Source: the human T2T-CHM13v2.0 reference genome, Homo sapiens
Assembly (NCBI RefSeq): GCF_009914755.1
Contig: NC_060932.1
DNA length: 64,000 nucleotides
Strand: one strand, 5' to 3'
Both the position numbers and the translations under genes were made by a program. The notes under the pieces are model-generated. The model did not search any database and had not been told where the DNA came from. It was given only the letters and a program-made list of their open reading frames with translations. Below, one piece after another: positions 1-13,072 of the stretch. The stretch's first letter is position 1, and every line of letters begins with the position of its first letter.

Positions 1-3000
1 TGCACTATTTTATTTAATTTCATATAAAAAGCTAAAAAGACTGAATTGAAAATTTTTTTCAAGCTAAAGTTAGTAGCAACAAATTAATATCTCAGGAAAC
101 CTAGATATGAATAAAAAGAAATCCAGTTCCACATTTGCCTACAGATAATGCCTTTCATCTGACAATCTGAGACCATCAAACTGAATTAGGCATCGAGCAA
201 ACATACAGCATGGCTTACATTGAATCACTTTTCTAATAGTTCAGATGTTTGTCTTCCTAATTTATTATAGCCAGACACTCACTTCCAGTTCTTTTCCCAT
301 CTTTTCTTCTGGCATTGCAGTGCAAGCTCCCATTAGTCATCCAGAGATATATTACTTGTCTTATTCTTGTCCAAATTATTTGCAAAGATGCTGTAATTTA
401 GTGTGGGCAACTTAGGTGAGTGCTACAGTTAAAATTATTGCTTGCCTAAGGTTTCATTTTGAAATCCTGATAAGTCATTTTGAATGTAAGCTGTGTTGAG
501 TACATTTCAATTTATTACTTTTTCTAAGTAAACTAATCTAAATTAAAATCTAGCAGAATCAATACCTCATTTTTATCATAGAGCATTCTGATTCTACCTT
601 CCAATCATTCATCTATCGTTCACTGTGGCTTGGGAATTGCTAACAACGAGAAGCTATTTTATATCATATTACGGAAATGATACATTTGTAGCCTGTTGTC
701 TCATATATATGGGCCCAGGTTCTACACTAAAATTGCATCACCCTAACCCCCTCATATTATTTATTCTGCAGAACATTCTTCTAACATCATGAGGATTATC
801 TAATGTTTATTATGTGTTCACGATATGTGTGATTGCAATCTGAAAACTGTCACTAAAAACTGTCTCATAATTTGTTTGGATTTAGTTTCTTATTACAGTA
901 TTAGCCATCACCCTAGACAAATGAGTAGATATTTTCAGGTTTTCCAAATGTTATCCAGTGCCCTTCCTCCAAGGTATTCATTTTGGGTATTTCCTTTTGG
1001 TACGTAAAGGTCTAGTGTTGAGTTGGAGATATTGCAAAGATTTTTAATATGCATGCCATTCTTCTAATATATTTTCATTTTTAGTGACCTAGAAAAGAAC
1101 AGAAGCAAAAACCAGTACAAGGAGAATTTATTCTCATGACAAAGTGTTAAGGAAAAAAAGCTCTCAAAGGATTTATTTAGTCAGGTCTCGTCTTTTCCAT
1201 TATTCTTTTATGTCCCACTTGTATTGCATAGTCTATGGCCAATCCATAAAAGAATAATAAAAAGGCCCCATTTTATGCAACCACATACCAGCATGTCTGC
1301 ATAAAACAGGTGATGCCTATATTTTATGTCCAGAATTCCAAATGGCCACTCATATTTCTTTTACCTCTCAGCTTTCAAGGTTGGGTTCATAGTCTTCCAA
1401 GAGTGAAAGATCTTCAGTGCATTTGCTCCATGAGGGCAGGATCTGTGTCTGTCTTATTCACTGATTAATTCCAGAACCTAGGATGGGTCCTAGCTGATAG
1501 AGGGATTTTAATAAATGTTTGTAGTTAATCTTTCTTCTCTAACTAGTTACTATAGTTAACATTTGAGACAGGTACCCTGGGCACTCTCATTGCCTAAAAA
1601 TCTGAGAAAGTGGTTGGCAGTTACCCAGCAGGTTCTGTGCCAAACTTGGGCATACATCATCGGTGGCTTTGCCCTGAAATCTCTAGCAAACAAAAGAGAA
1701 TCTATGGTTCATAATTCAAAAAGGATGAAAAGAAAGTAACTTACTTCAAGATACTTATAATCCAGCTGAAGACAAAACACATTTTTAAAAAAGATAAATG
1801 AGAACACAAGTCCAAATATGGTGAATGCCTAATAAAATGAGGAGAAAGAGGTCCTATTAGGCTCTGATGGGCAGAAGAAGCTTCAGGAAGGTTTTGGATA
1901 AGATCTGAGCCTCTAAGAACAGGTGAAAATCATAAAATTGGGGAGGAAGGATATGGGGTTGAGGAAAGGTGAAAAAGAATGAAAGTTACTTGGGGAAGAA
2001 GGAATGGTGCCTGCTAGTCATGTTTGGATACAGGAGTGAGTACAGCACTAGCTAGTGATGTTTGGATACAGCAACACATACAAAGGGGGTTTGTTCTGGA
2101 AAGTGGTAAAACAGTAAGCCAGGATTGGTGCAAATATCATAGTCATAGAATTGGATGGGCTCAGAGTTTTTCCAAAATACATAAATATGTTTATGCACAA
2201 GAATATATCTGGTTGCTGACTGCAAATGAGTCATTTGGCCAAGTGTTGACTGAGAGATTATATTCGCCACTGGAAACAGAGTTAAAAGCTGAGCAGAATG
2301 AGTCTCACTAGTGCCCCAGGCAACAGATGGACTTCGGAGTGTTGTTCTTTGTGGTTGATTTGCTTCTTTTTTGTGACCAGCCAACAGCAGAAAACAAATA
2401 AGAGGGGGACTAAATGCACTTGGCAGGGGAAATGCAGATGAAACATGGGTACTTGGTGACTTGTGCAGTTAACTCAGCAATTCCATGGGCTGTCTGAGTG
2501 CAATTCAGAATAAGCACACACATCATCGCAAAATCTTATCTAGGAAGACAGAGGTGCTCACCTGCTCCTTCTGTGGCCAACTTTACACTTAGTGAAAATA
2601 CATATCCCAATCCAGAATAGAATCAGGGCCAAGCAGAGAGCTGGTTTCCATAGAAATGCAGCTAATGGTGCTCTGTCTGTTCCTGAATGTCAGCACCTCT
2701 TGCCCGAACAGTCACTACACAGAAACCATAAGATTTCCATTGCAGAGGAGGGATGACTGCATTCTCATTTCCAGGGTGCAACTTTAGTGACATTCAGAGA
2801 TGGTTTTATAGCTTATACATCAAGAGTGGGTCAAGACCATGCATCCTAAATTTAGAAATCTATCTAAAGACAATAACCATGGCTATTGTGCTACAATTTA
2901 CAAATGGAGGTTGAAAATTGCAAAAGCATGGTAACAAAGATCCATCAGGAGGAGTTTGGTTAAATAAGACGGGATCATGCACATCCACTGGGATAGTGGG

Positions 3001-3039
3001 AGTGTAGCCCTTAAAAGAAGACGAGATCTATGAGGTGCC

Positions 3040-3285
3040 AATCGGTGTTCCTTGGAGGAAAAAAAAAGAACTCCCTGTTCAAATACACTTGAGAAACACT
3101 GAGTTCAACCCAGCAACTGAGTTAAACTAAGCAACTTGTTATTTGATTTCTGAGAACCTTTAATGTGTGAGGGTACCCAGTGACTCTCTTAGAGGCAGAT
3201 AGAATAGATAGGCTTTTCTGAGATCATTAACTACCTTGGGAGTGCGGGATACATTTGCCTAGCACAATATTTTGAACACTGAAGA
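3040..3285. mobile_element. degenerate hAT-Charlie MITE (MER112-like)
   Basis: Segments 'gttcaaatacacttgagaaacactgag' and 'tctgagaacctttaatgtg...gtgactctc' resemble my recalled consensus; highly diverged. Confidence 0.4.
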
Positions 3286-4344
3286 TCTCAAGCATTGTTG
3301 AAGGTCCAAGATAGGATTTTATGCTTTAATTTGCTTTGTTTCTTAGTCTTGATGGAAAGGGTGGGTGTCATCCTCTGCAAAAGTCAAGATAAGTCAAACT
3401 TTCTGTTTGTTGAACTCCTAATAACTCTGGTTTACCCTGGAGTTCAAGTCTGGTATAAACAGTCATTTTTTAAGGATACCATTTAGAATTTCTTAAATTA
3501 ATGTGAAAATATATATATTCTGGGCAAGAGCAACAAATTTTATTAATAAGCACCCTATTTATCACTGTATAATGTATGCAGTCTCTGGAAATACATACGA
3601 AGGCATGAAAAAGTGGAGCTGATGAATTACAGAAACCTTATACATATTCTAAATGCATTAAACACTTTCTACTCACCCTTTCCCTCAAACTCTCAGCAAA
3701 TATGTCCCAAATAATTTGAGATAAACAAAGCCCCTTAATCACCCTTAATATTCAAAAAGAGAACATGGTTGGTTAACATGCTCAATTTTAAAATATGATC
3801 ACATTTTCCTATGTGCCAAACTTAGCTGTATTATTGTTTATACCAAGACTGTTAACTAAAGGAAAAAATGGAAATTTGCTCCCAACTCCAGGCTCCTATT
3901 AATTATAAGTATTGTATGTCCTATCAACTTGAATAATTAAAAAGTAATTCATAAGTTCAGTACTTGCATAATCAATAATGTGGATCACATTTATTATCCA
4001 AAACTAAGTAATGGGCACCTGGAACTTGGAGGCTTTTAGCTTTTCAGTTGGTATTTAAAGTTAGACTATAAGAAGAGTCTATTTCAAATCAAATCATAAG
4101 AACCAACCCTATATGAACATACACAGTCATTTACTCATCATGTGAGTGCAATATTCACTCACCTGTTACCATGAAGACTTTTGGTTAAGAGATCTTAGAC
4201 TGCAGATTAAAAGATTTTTATGTATTTTAGGTTAAAAGATTTTGCTTCAATAATTTTATTTTTTCTTGTTTGCAACCTTGAGAAATTATTTAATGAGCAA
4301 TTATTTAATGTTTCAGCTTCTGTTTATGTGTCTCCAAAATGTAC

Positions 4345-4545
4345 CTACTGTGTATTGGCATTTACTTCGTGCCAGTCACTGGGCTGATCCCTTTAGATTT
4401 TACCTCATTTAAGCCTCATGAGAATTCTATCATATTTGAGTTTACAGACAAGGCAACAAAAACCCTGGGAGGTTAAGTAACTTTTCCCTGCGTGACTCAG
4501 AAAATAAAATATTAAGAGAGGATTTGAACCCAGACCTATTGGGCT
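4345..4545 (-). mobile_element. MIR SINE
   Basis: Reverse MIR core: 'tttacagacaaggcaac...gaggttaagtaactt...ggatttgaacccagac'. Confidence 0.75.
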
Positions 4546-4650
4546 GCTTTTTGATAACACATTTTAAAGTGCTCCCTCTTGATGAAGAAAGACTAAAATA
4601 TTTGCCTTAACCATCTCCCAGGCTTCTGTGAGGGAGGTTGCGGCAAATTG

Positions 4651-4668
4651 TTTTTTTTTTTTTTTTTT
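4651..4668. repeat. poly(T)18
   Basis: Directly visible run. Confidence 0.95.
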
Positions 4669-4819
4669 GCCAAAGATGTTTGTGCCAGTACATATTTCAT
4701 TCTGTGTGCTCTTCTTATCATGTAAATGCTGACAAACCTCCTTTGAGAGGTAAGGTTTATATTTCTTCCACTTGCATCTAGACTGACTTTGTAACTCCTG
4801 TTCCAAGAGAATCCAAGGA

Positions 4820-5247
4820 AAACGACATTGATGACTTCCTATGTTGGGTCATAAATGGCAAGGATGTTTTCTCTCTCTCTGGTTGCTTGCTCTGGGGGAA
4901 GCTGGCCACCATGCTATGGGGACACTTAAGTAGCCCAAGAGAGGCCCCTACATGGGATAGAACTGAGGCTCCAAGCTAACAGCCAGGACCAACTTGTCAG
5001 CTATGCCAGTGAGCCCCATGGAAGTAAATCCTCTAGCCTTTGTTAAGCCTACAGATGACTGCAGCCCCAGCCAACATCCGACTACAAACACATGAGACCC
5101 GAAGCCAGAAGCACTCAGCTGAACAACTTCCAAATATCTGACCCACACATAGCATGAGAATACATGAGAAAATACATGATTATTATTGTTTTAAGACACC
5201 ACTCTACATCTCAGGGTATTTTGTTATAAATCAAGAGACAATGCAGT
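4820..5247 (+). mobile_element. MLT1 (F/G-like) ERVL-MaLR solo LTR, partial
   Basis: Typical MLT1 motifs 'gctctgggggaagctggccaccatg', 'gaactgaggc', 'cagatgactgcagccccagccaacat', 'tattgttttaag'. Confidence 0.75.
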
Positions 5248-5586
5248 GCTACTAATAGAGGTATGTATTTTAAGTGTTCTATAGACTGAACTAATGACTT
5301 ATAAATTGAAATCTTGCTTTCTACATGGAATTGGGTATATATATTCTGAGACAGGAAATTTAAGTAAATATGAACTTTTCATTGAGAAATATGGGTTGTA
5401 GCTGTGATACAAATAATCTAAACTCCAACTTACACCAACCTTACTGCAGTGATATTAGAAGGGTAGCCTTTTTAACATACTTTGTATCAGGTGACAGCTC
5501 TGGAAATGGGAAACATGGAAACAATACCTTTCATTTATACAGTACTATAGTTCACAACTCATGACAACCTTTAACAAACATCATCT

Positions 5587-6424
5587 CAGAAAGTTGTTTA
5601 CCATAAAGCTAACTGTATTAGTCTGTTCTCATGCTGCTAATAAAGATATACCCAAGACTGGGTAATTTATAAAGAAAAAGAGGTTTAATAGACACTCAGT
5701 TCCACATGGCTAGGAAGGCCTCACAATCATGGCAGAAGCCAAAGGAGGAGCAAAGTCACGTCTTACATGGTGGCAGGTAAGAGAGAGAGCGTGTGTAGGG
5801 GAGCTCCTATTTGTAAAACCATCAGGTCTTATATGACTTATTCACTACCATGAGAAAGACCCCCCACCCAATGATTCAGTTACCTCCCACTGGGTTCCTC
5901 CCAGGATGACAAGTGGGAATTATTGGAGCTAAAATTCAAAATGAGATTTGGATGTGGATACAGCAACACCGTATCATTAACAAAACTTTAGCTTCTGGGC
6001 TTTTCAATGGTACTAGCCCCTTTCAATGGAAAACACTGCTTGCAATGTATTCATATAGTCTGCATTTTTTTATAAAATTTGCAAAGTAGGCATTTTAACT
6101 GTCGTTTGTTAAGACAACTTTCTTTACTTCAACTTCCTCTCTATCATGTTGCTCCCCCTGGCTGCTGGCTTTGGTGTGACCACAGGTATTTTTGGCAAGT
6201 GGCTATGATAAATTTGAGCTGGGAGTAATTTTTGGTTGTTGTTGTTTTAGTTTGTTGTTGTTGTTGTTTTTTGAAGGTGGATACAGGTTTTTTCATAATG
6301 TATTATGATTTCTTTTCATATTCTAAATTTCTATCTTTTTTTTATAATTTTGTGATCTTTTTCCTTAAAGAGGGTCCCCCAAATTCTATTAGTTTCAGGC
6401 TTCACAGAACCTGGACCTTCTCTG
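5587..6424 (+). mobile_element. hAT-Tip100 DNA transposon (MER115/Zaphod-like), interrupted by a THE1 LTR
   Basis: Start 'tttaccataaagctaac|..aaactttagcttc', middle 'taaaatttgcaaagt..ttttaac..gttaagac', end 'cttaaagagggtcccccaaatt...ttcaggcttcacagaacctgga' match my recalled consensus. Confidence 0.6.
5614..5976 (-). mobile_element. THE1C-like MaLR solo LTR
   Basis: Runs from 'tgtattagtctgttctcatgctgctaataaag' to 'accgtatca'; 5-bp flanks ctaac/ttaac (TSD, 4/5 match). Confidence 0.9.
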
Positions 6425-6449
6425 ATCACCTTTTGCTGTAATTGCAATA

Positions 6450-6612
6450 GCCCTGTGAGGTTACTAAGGAAGAGATGCTATTAACCTAGTTTTACAATAA
6501 GAAAACCAAGATTCTAAAATTCCCAATGACTCATCCAAAGACTGTAGTTTGTAAGAAACAAAGATTCAAACCCCAGACCTCTGATTCTTGGTTCAATTCT
6601 CTTTCCACCAAC
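6450..6612 (-). mobile_element. MIR fragment
   Basis: 'ccctgtgagg...ttttacaataagaaaaccaag...gattcaaacccc...tctttccac'. Confidence 0.55.
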
Positions 6613-8482
6613 CCACTCTACTGGAAGCATGTGTCCTCTCTTCTTCTTCATTTAATTTCCCAACAAAACTGATCTATCCAATGTCCCATTCTTTTGCACC
6701 TTGGTCTCTTTTATGATTAATACGATAATGTGATTCAGCTCAATTAACTACAAAAAATTGGAAATATTTAAGACCTTCCTTCAAATTTATAACCTTTGAA
6801 ATGACTGGTGTGGGGATTTCAGGCACCACAGCAGACTCATGTCATTTACATTTTAAGTGCAGGACTTTTCCCAGTGCTCAAGAATCACATAATCCACCTG
6901 TACTTCAGACTAGAAAAGGGAATACTAGGCAGAGGGTACACCAAGTGCAAAGTCAGGAAGGCCTGATGATACTGGGCTGTAGTTTCCTGAAAGAGTCATG
7001 GGAGGTATACCATAAATAATGTCTCCCTGAAGATGATTTGGTTGAACCATTTTGACACTGCCTCAGGGAATTGCCCCTCAGCTTCACATGCCCTTAAGCT
7101 GACCAAGCCATCCCTCAGTGAGTGTCACACCATCTTCCCAGAATCCCTCCTGCTCTGACTTCTCATGAGAAAGCATAGACCCCAATTCTGCATTCCAGTG
7201 AAAACACAGTCGGTTTTGAAAGCTGAATTATTAATACATCATTGAGGCCTCTTGTATTTTTGTAACAGAGCTAACAAATCTGAACCCTGTTTGTTGACTC
7301 AGATGTGGGAAGAGATAAAGCTTTCCCAAGGGCAAAACAAAACTGGGCAGAGTTGAGGCACTGGAACAATTGATTTCAATTAGTCTTAAATAGTAATAAT
7401 GAATGCTCAAAAGAACACTTCCCAAAATGTCCTTCAGCTGATAATTTATTTCCACTCCTTTCCCTCTTCAGAGGCAAAACTTTAATGGACTGTCTTTTTG
7501 CAGCAAATCTTAATATAACAGTTAATATGCAGACAAAGTGACCGAGTCCCCTTGACACATGTGTCTGATTTCCATTTAGCAGGAATGGGAGGGAGAGAAG
7601 GAGGAGGAAGTACTTAAGTGAGATGCAATCCCCTCCTCCACTGCGAAGTCCAATGCCTGTCTGTGTCATTAAGATTCTTCCATTAGTTTCTTACACATCT
7701 CTCCAAATGCAGCAAATTGTGGGGCCATCATATTCAATTCTGCTTATGGCATCTGAACTAAAACATAATTTCTCCATTTGCTATTGTGAATATTACTTGC
7801 AGTTGATATTTTCCATTATGTAATATTTTAGTCATTTCATTTAATCCATTTCATGTTAAACAATGAAGAAAATGGCATTAATTTGACTAGCTCTTTTTTC
7901 TTCATTCTATATTTAAAATGTCCTAACTGGGCCCTTCTCCTGTCTTTGCTTTGGTTTATCTACAATTTCCTAATAAGCCACTCATTAAAACACCCCATTA
8001 ATCTGCACATCATTTGGGTCTAAGCCTTCTTGTGCCTTTCACTTCTTAACTCTCCCAGGATTCCACATCTTGTTCATAACAGTTTTTTATTTTCTTCCCT
8101 TCTTTCTATAAAGAGGTTTGTATTCTAGGGAGATGCCCTCAGAGAGAAGTGAGCAATCAGACCTGGATGGACTGGATGTCCTGTGTGCTGGAAACAGCTG
8201 CAGGTCAGCTACATGGCCACAAGTGCTAGAGCTTGGGGAAGGAAGTAGGACGTGAGAGAGGCAAGAGAACTGAATAAAGGGAATGGTTGAGAGATGATGT
8301 GGCACCAAGTGACCCAGACAAGAGAATCTAGGAGAGGAGATTTGTAAGTAGGCCTCATGAAGACTTCAGCAAGATGGGTACAAGAAATTTTAGTATGCTT
8401 TGCTGTGATTTATTGTGTTCCTTTTTCAAGAAAACCTACAGTAAAGAAATACTTTATTCTTTAACTTTTTCTGTAACTGAGT

Positions 8483-8505
8483 TGTGTGTGTGTGTGTGTG
8501 TGTGT
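8483..8505. repeat. (TG)11 microsatellite
   Basis: Directly visible. Confidence 0.95.
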
Positions 8506-9089
8506 CTGTGTGAGTTGTGTAGGGGATTGAGAGACACAAGTATCAGCTTTGAGGTAGCCTAGAAACATTTGGGGACAGCTCTCTCCCCTGGTCTTCCTTC
8601 ACAGCCTTTACTCAATTTCTGCTTACAAAAAAGCCCCATCCACTTTCATAAGAAAAGGAAAAGACCCCCCAGTAGACAGGACTGGCCTTGGGTTGCACTT
8701 CCATTGAGAGTTTATTACAGAGACATGGTATTATTGATGGCTCAGTGCCTGCTGTGGGCACCATGGTTGTATTGGCTTTGACTTCTGGCAACAGGTGAGA
8801 TGTCTTTGCTGCAGTAAGGAAGTTGTTTACAATATTTAGAAATGAGTGGGAATGACCAAGCTGCAGGGCATAAGTGTGATATCTCAAGTTTCACAGCCAC
8901 AAGGACTCCCTCATTCACACCCAGAGATTCTTTCTTTTCTCAGGTAAAAGGCTTGTAAATGCTGGTTGCTAACCATCACAGCCCATGTGCCAATTTGACC
9001 ACTTATATTTCTGGAACAAAGCTGTAGTCTTTCTCCTCATCTTCATGAATAAAATAAATAGGAAAATTAGTTATAATTGTGTGTTCTGG

Positions 9090-9112
9090 GGTGTGTGTGT
9101 ATGTGTGTGTGT
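9090..9112. repeat. interrupted (GT)n microsatellite
   Basis: gtgtgtgtgtatgtgtgtgtgt. Confidence 0.9.
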
Positions 9113-9437
9113 CACCCTCTTCCCCTGCTGTAAACAGTTGTTTTAAAAAGGAAAGACCTTAGAGAAAGAATCCTGGGCCACCTACAATCTCAGCATCATT
9201 CATTGGTTAGTTTCAAGGAAAGAACTTTATGCGTTGAGTTGAGTTCAAGAACAGGAAAGAATTTCAGGAGGTATCTGGTTAGTAATGTGGATGTATCTAG
9301 CTGATAAACTCTTTTGTCACACAAAATTCTTAAGCCAGATCCTGATATGTGAGGTTGAAGCTGCCAACTGGTTGTGACACCTGACACCTGTTCCAGCTTT
9401 CTCCTTACTACCCTTCCCAGCCCCCTTCCCCTCATCA

Positions 9438-9620
9438 CACAGCTGGGTGACCTTGGGCCAAGTCTGACCTTGCTGAGTATTTTCCAGTGTCTTCCTCTTC
9501 CAAAGAGGAAAGATAGTATGATCTGCTGCATAGAGTTGCTGTAAGGATCAAACAAGAGGGTACTTGGGAAACCCTTAGCACCATGCCTGGAAAACAGCAA
9601 TCCCTAATAAATGTTGCCAT
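9438..9620 (+). mobile_element. MIR SINE
   Basis: 'agctgggtgaccttgggccaagt...gttgctgtaaggatcaaa...cttagcaccatgcctgg...aataaatgtt'. Confidence 0.7.
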
Positions 9621-12600
9621 GAGAGTTTTTATTATTAATGGCACAATGAAGACTAGAGACCTTCTCACTCCTCATTTGTGCTCTTACATTTCTCTACACT
9701 GAAATACACATACAATCTGTTTTAGCTTTATTTTTGGTAATCCTGTGGTGCATTTTTGCTTTACTGTTGTTTTCACTAGTCCCTCACTTGCCGGTTCCTG
9801 GTTATATCACTGCCTGCAGTGCAAGACAGCTTTAAGCTGTCTTATCTCTCAGTGTTGCTCCTCAGGTCTCCCTCTCCAGCAGTGTCACTCTCTGTCTCAG
9901 CCTCAGTCTTGACCTCTTCCCCTTCGCCGTTTAGGATGAGACTTTCTCTCTCCTCCTTCTCCCTCCACTTTAAAAAATCTTTCCGCCTTTTCCTCCCCTT
10001 GCTTCCCTTGCAAGCTTCTTTTGCCTCCCTTGTCTTTCCTTTCTCCCACTCCTGCCTCCTTTCTGACAGATAAACCTGCTCAATTCCGTGTCTGGTTCTA
10101 GTTTATTCATTGTGCCCAGTGAGTTTCCTCAGCCCCTGCCTTGTTCTGGGGGCATTCTGTTCAGAAATGGAAGTGCCATGCTAATGCTTGTGGCAGTGCC
10201 ATTGTCTCATAGCAGGTCTGAAGGCCACAGCAGGGCCCTGCTCGAATAGATACAGGGAACCAGGACCACAGGTGGCACCAGGAAGAGGACCCTAAGCCCC
10301 AGCCAAGGGCTTTACAAGACCCACCGTGATTTACTACCAGATGAATGAGTGCCATCTGCATGCTGCACGTCTGGCGAGGAGGGCAGTAAAGTCATGGTGC
10401 TCAGTACTTAATTTTAATTTCCCCTGAAAAATTCAAAGTGAATTTTACAATTTGCAGTATTGTGAATTTTGTCAAAATGTGGGGAAGTATAAACACTGTT
10501 TATCCAGTGCACCCTGACTAATCACACCCTGGCTGTCTTTCTGATTGCAGATTCATTTTATTCATTCTTACAAGGAAAGAAATGTATTCCAGAGAAAGCA
10601 TTTGTCTAGATGGGCTTTGAAGACAAAGCAAAGGCTGAACTACTAAGGATAATTGGGTTCAGAGTTAAAATGTGCTGCTTCCAGTGGAAAGTAAAGTTAC
10701 AAATACCAAAGGAGTTAATTTCTCGGATATAACAGGAATAAATCAATGAGTCTTGAAGTTAAATTTAGTTTCCCAGACTCCCTGGTCATTCAGGGTAATT
10801 ATTTCTCCATCATATCTTTTATTGACCAATGACAAAACTAGATTCTTTTACCAAAAATTCTGTCAGCTAGAAAATTCTATTCACCAGAAATCTCTATTAT
10901 TGGTGATTTGCAATGTATACTTTTAAATTTGATATATTATATATAATATATATAATAGACATAATTATATGACATATAAGCAGATATTGATGTAATCTAT
11001 ATCATATAAATAATCTATATCATATGGAATGTATACTACATGTATAACATATAATTATTGGTGTTTTGCCAGTAAAATTAGATATGTAATAAGTATGATG
11101 TAATGTGTATAAAGAACTCTTGGTTTTATGAAATTATAAGCCACATCTCTAATAATTTAATAAATTTATCCATCATTTTGACAAATATTTAGGAAATTTC
11201 TGTAGGTGTGAGAGGATGTGGAATACAAAATTGTGGTCATTTAGTTCCCATGTTAAGAATATTTTATTTCATTTTAATTATTTAAAGATTTGTATGCATA
11301 CACAGGATCCAGTTTGGTTTTTCTTTCTTGTTGAATGCCATAAATTGAATGATAGAGATGATTCCATATATAATCTGTGCAAAGGACATATGCTTCCTTT
11401 GTCTGCCCAGCATGTCTTTCTTCTTCATGTGAATAGTACACCAATGTATCTTTGGGGAAATACCTCTGCTGCATTGCAAAAAGTGAAATAATATGTAGTT
11501 AAAGGGCATATTTTTAATCAAATAGCTTCCACAGATAATTTACTTATTTTTCCTCTTTGATTATTTGCAAATCAAGTGGTTCCCTTTTGTTTCCTCTTCA
11601 ATATATTCCATATCCCCGCAAATCAATTACATTGAGGCCATTGAGGCAATGTTTTTCTCAAATTCATAATCCAAATGGTTATCTTTCTTCTCTGCCCCTC
11701 CCTATAACTTCCCCTTTCTGAGAGCTCATGATTTCAACTGTATTTGATTTTCTGGGGTCTCTGTGGCTTATGGGCTCTTCAGTCAGAAGAGCAGAGAACA
11801 AAGGGAGTTAATAGGAGCATGTAAACAGGCATATATACCACTGTGTCTCACCTCTTCTGCAACGTTTAGATGGGTTTAAGGACATACTTGAGGTCTTTTT
11901 CCTCTCCAAGCTGGGAGATTCAGCCATCAGGCTAGCCTGTAGGACCTCATTATAACTGTGCCACCTATAACCTAAGCCCATGGCCTGGACCCAAGAACTG
12001 CGTAATAGAATGGGGTAGCAGCATCATGAATAAATGGGAAAAGCTTGAAGCTTTAATAACATTTGCTCCCTATATTGCAAGTTTTACATCCCAGTGACTT
12101 TTTGGAGAATTAATTACAGTTTTCTCTAAGAGCAAATTGTGAAACTTAGTAGCTCACCCGACTTTCCTGCGGGGAAGATTCTCATTTGGCTAAAATTAAT
12201 AATTTAAATAGGTACCGGGAGCCCAGGTAGCTTAAGAACTGCCTGGATCCTCTTTACAGCCGAGTTATGTGCTGCAAACTCCTGTTAGAGAAACCACCTG
12301 TGACTGAGATGTTGCAGAGACTGCTTCTCATATTTACTTCATTAATTCTTCCCTTCTCCTTCTCCCAGTAAAAACCTGACATTTAGGTGGCCTGTGTGGG
12401 TAGATGACAATGACATCCCTGTTTAGGAAGTCCACCGAGGTGTTTTGTCATTCCTCTGTCAATGAACCATTTTTCTGTCAATTTTCCTGATGTGATGTAT
12501 TTATCACTCTAATTCTTTTCTCTCCTATTTACATATTTCTCACACTGTTTACTATAGAAGATCTTGGGGGAAAAAGAGAAGACATATGTGTCGTTGCCTT

Positions 12601-12852
12601 GGTTGAAAAGCACCTGGTTTGAGTGAGGAGATAAATGCCTCCCACCCACCCATCCCACAAGCCAACACCCTGCTTACTATTTCTTGCTGAGAATTCCTCC
12701 ACCTGAACTAATTTTGATGTCTGTAGAAAAGTGTTTTTGTATCATCTATCTCTAAACAAAAAGCTTATTTGTGTATCCATTGCACTGCATATCAATGAAT
12801 TCTTGGAATAAATATTGATTTAATCTAATTGTCTAATGTTCTAGATCGAATG

Positions 12853-13072
12853 ATTTGGAATCAGACACCATGCATTTAAATTTGAACTCTGCCCCTTAAC
12901 TGTATAACCTTAGTCAGGCTCTATCCCTCTGTACCTCAGTTTTCTCATCTGTAAGATGGAGACTGATAATAACGGTACCAATATCAGAGGGCGTTGTGAT
13001 GAGGATTAAGACAACCTGTGAAAGTGTTTACCCCACATCTGTACCTGGTAAGTACTCAATTAATGTTAGGTA
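12853..13072 (+). mobile_element. MIR SINE
   Basis: 'ttggaatcagac...ctctgtacctcagttttctcatctgtaagatgg...gaggattaa...taagtactcaattaatgttag'. Confidence 0.85.

Noticed and set aside
2013-2071. Repeat-spacer-repeat as a CRISPR-like array
   Set aside because: Only two copies, eukaryotic context, no cas genes.
10262-10280. CTCF-like GGACCACAGGTGGCAC (also 17728 and 41815)
   Set aside because: Core spacing or key positions mismatch the CTCF consensus; cannot be supported without a PWM scan or ChIP data.
10925-11060. TA-rich stretches (also 39290-39870 and 41300-41380) as structured elements
   Set aside because: Degenerate (TA)n low-complexity sequence; self-complementarity is trivial.
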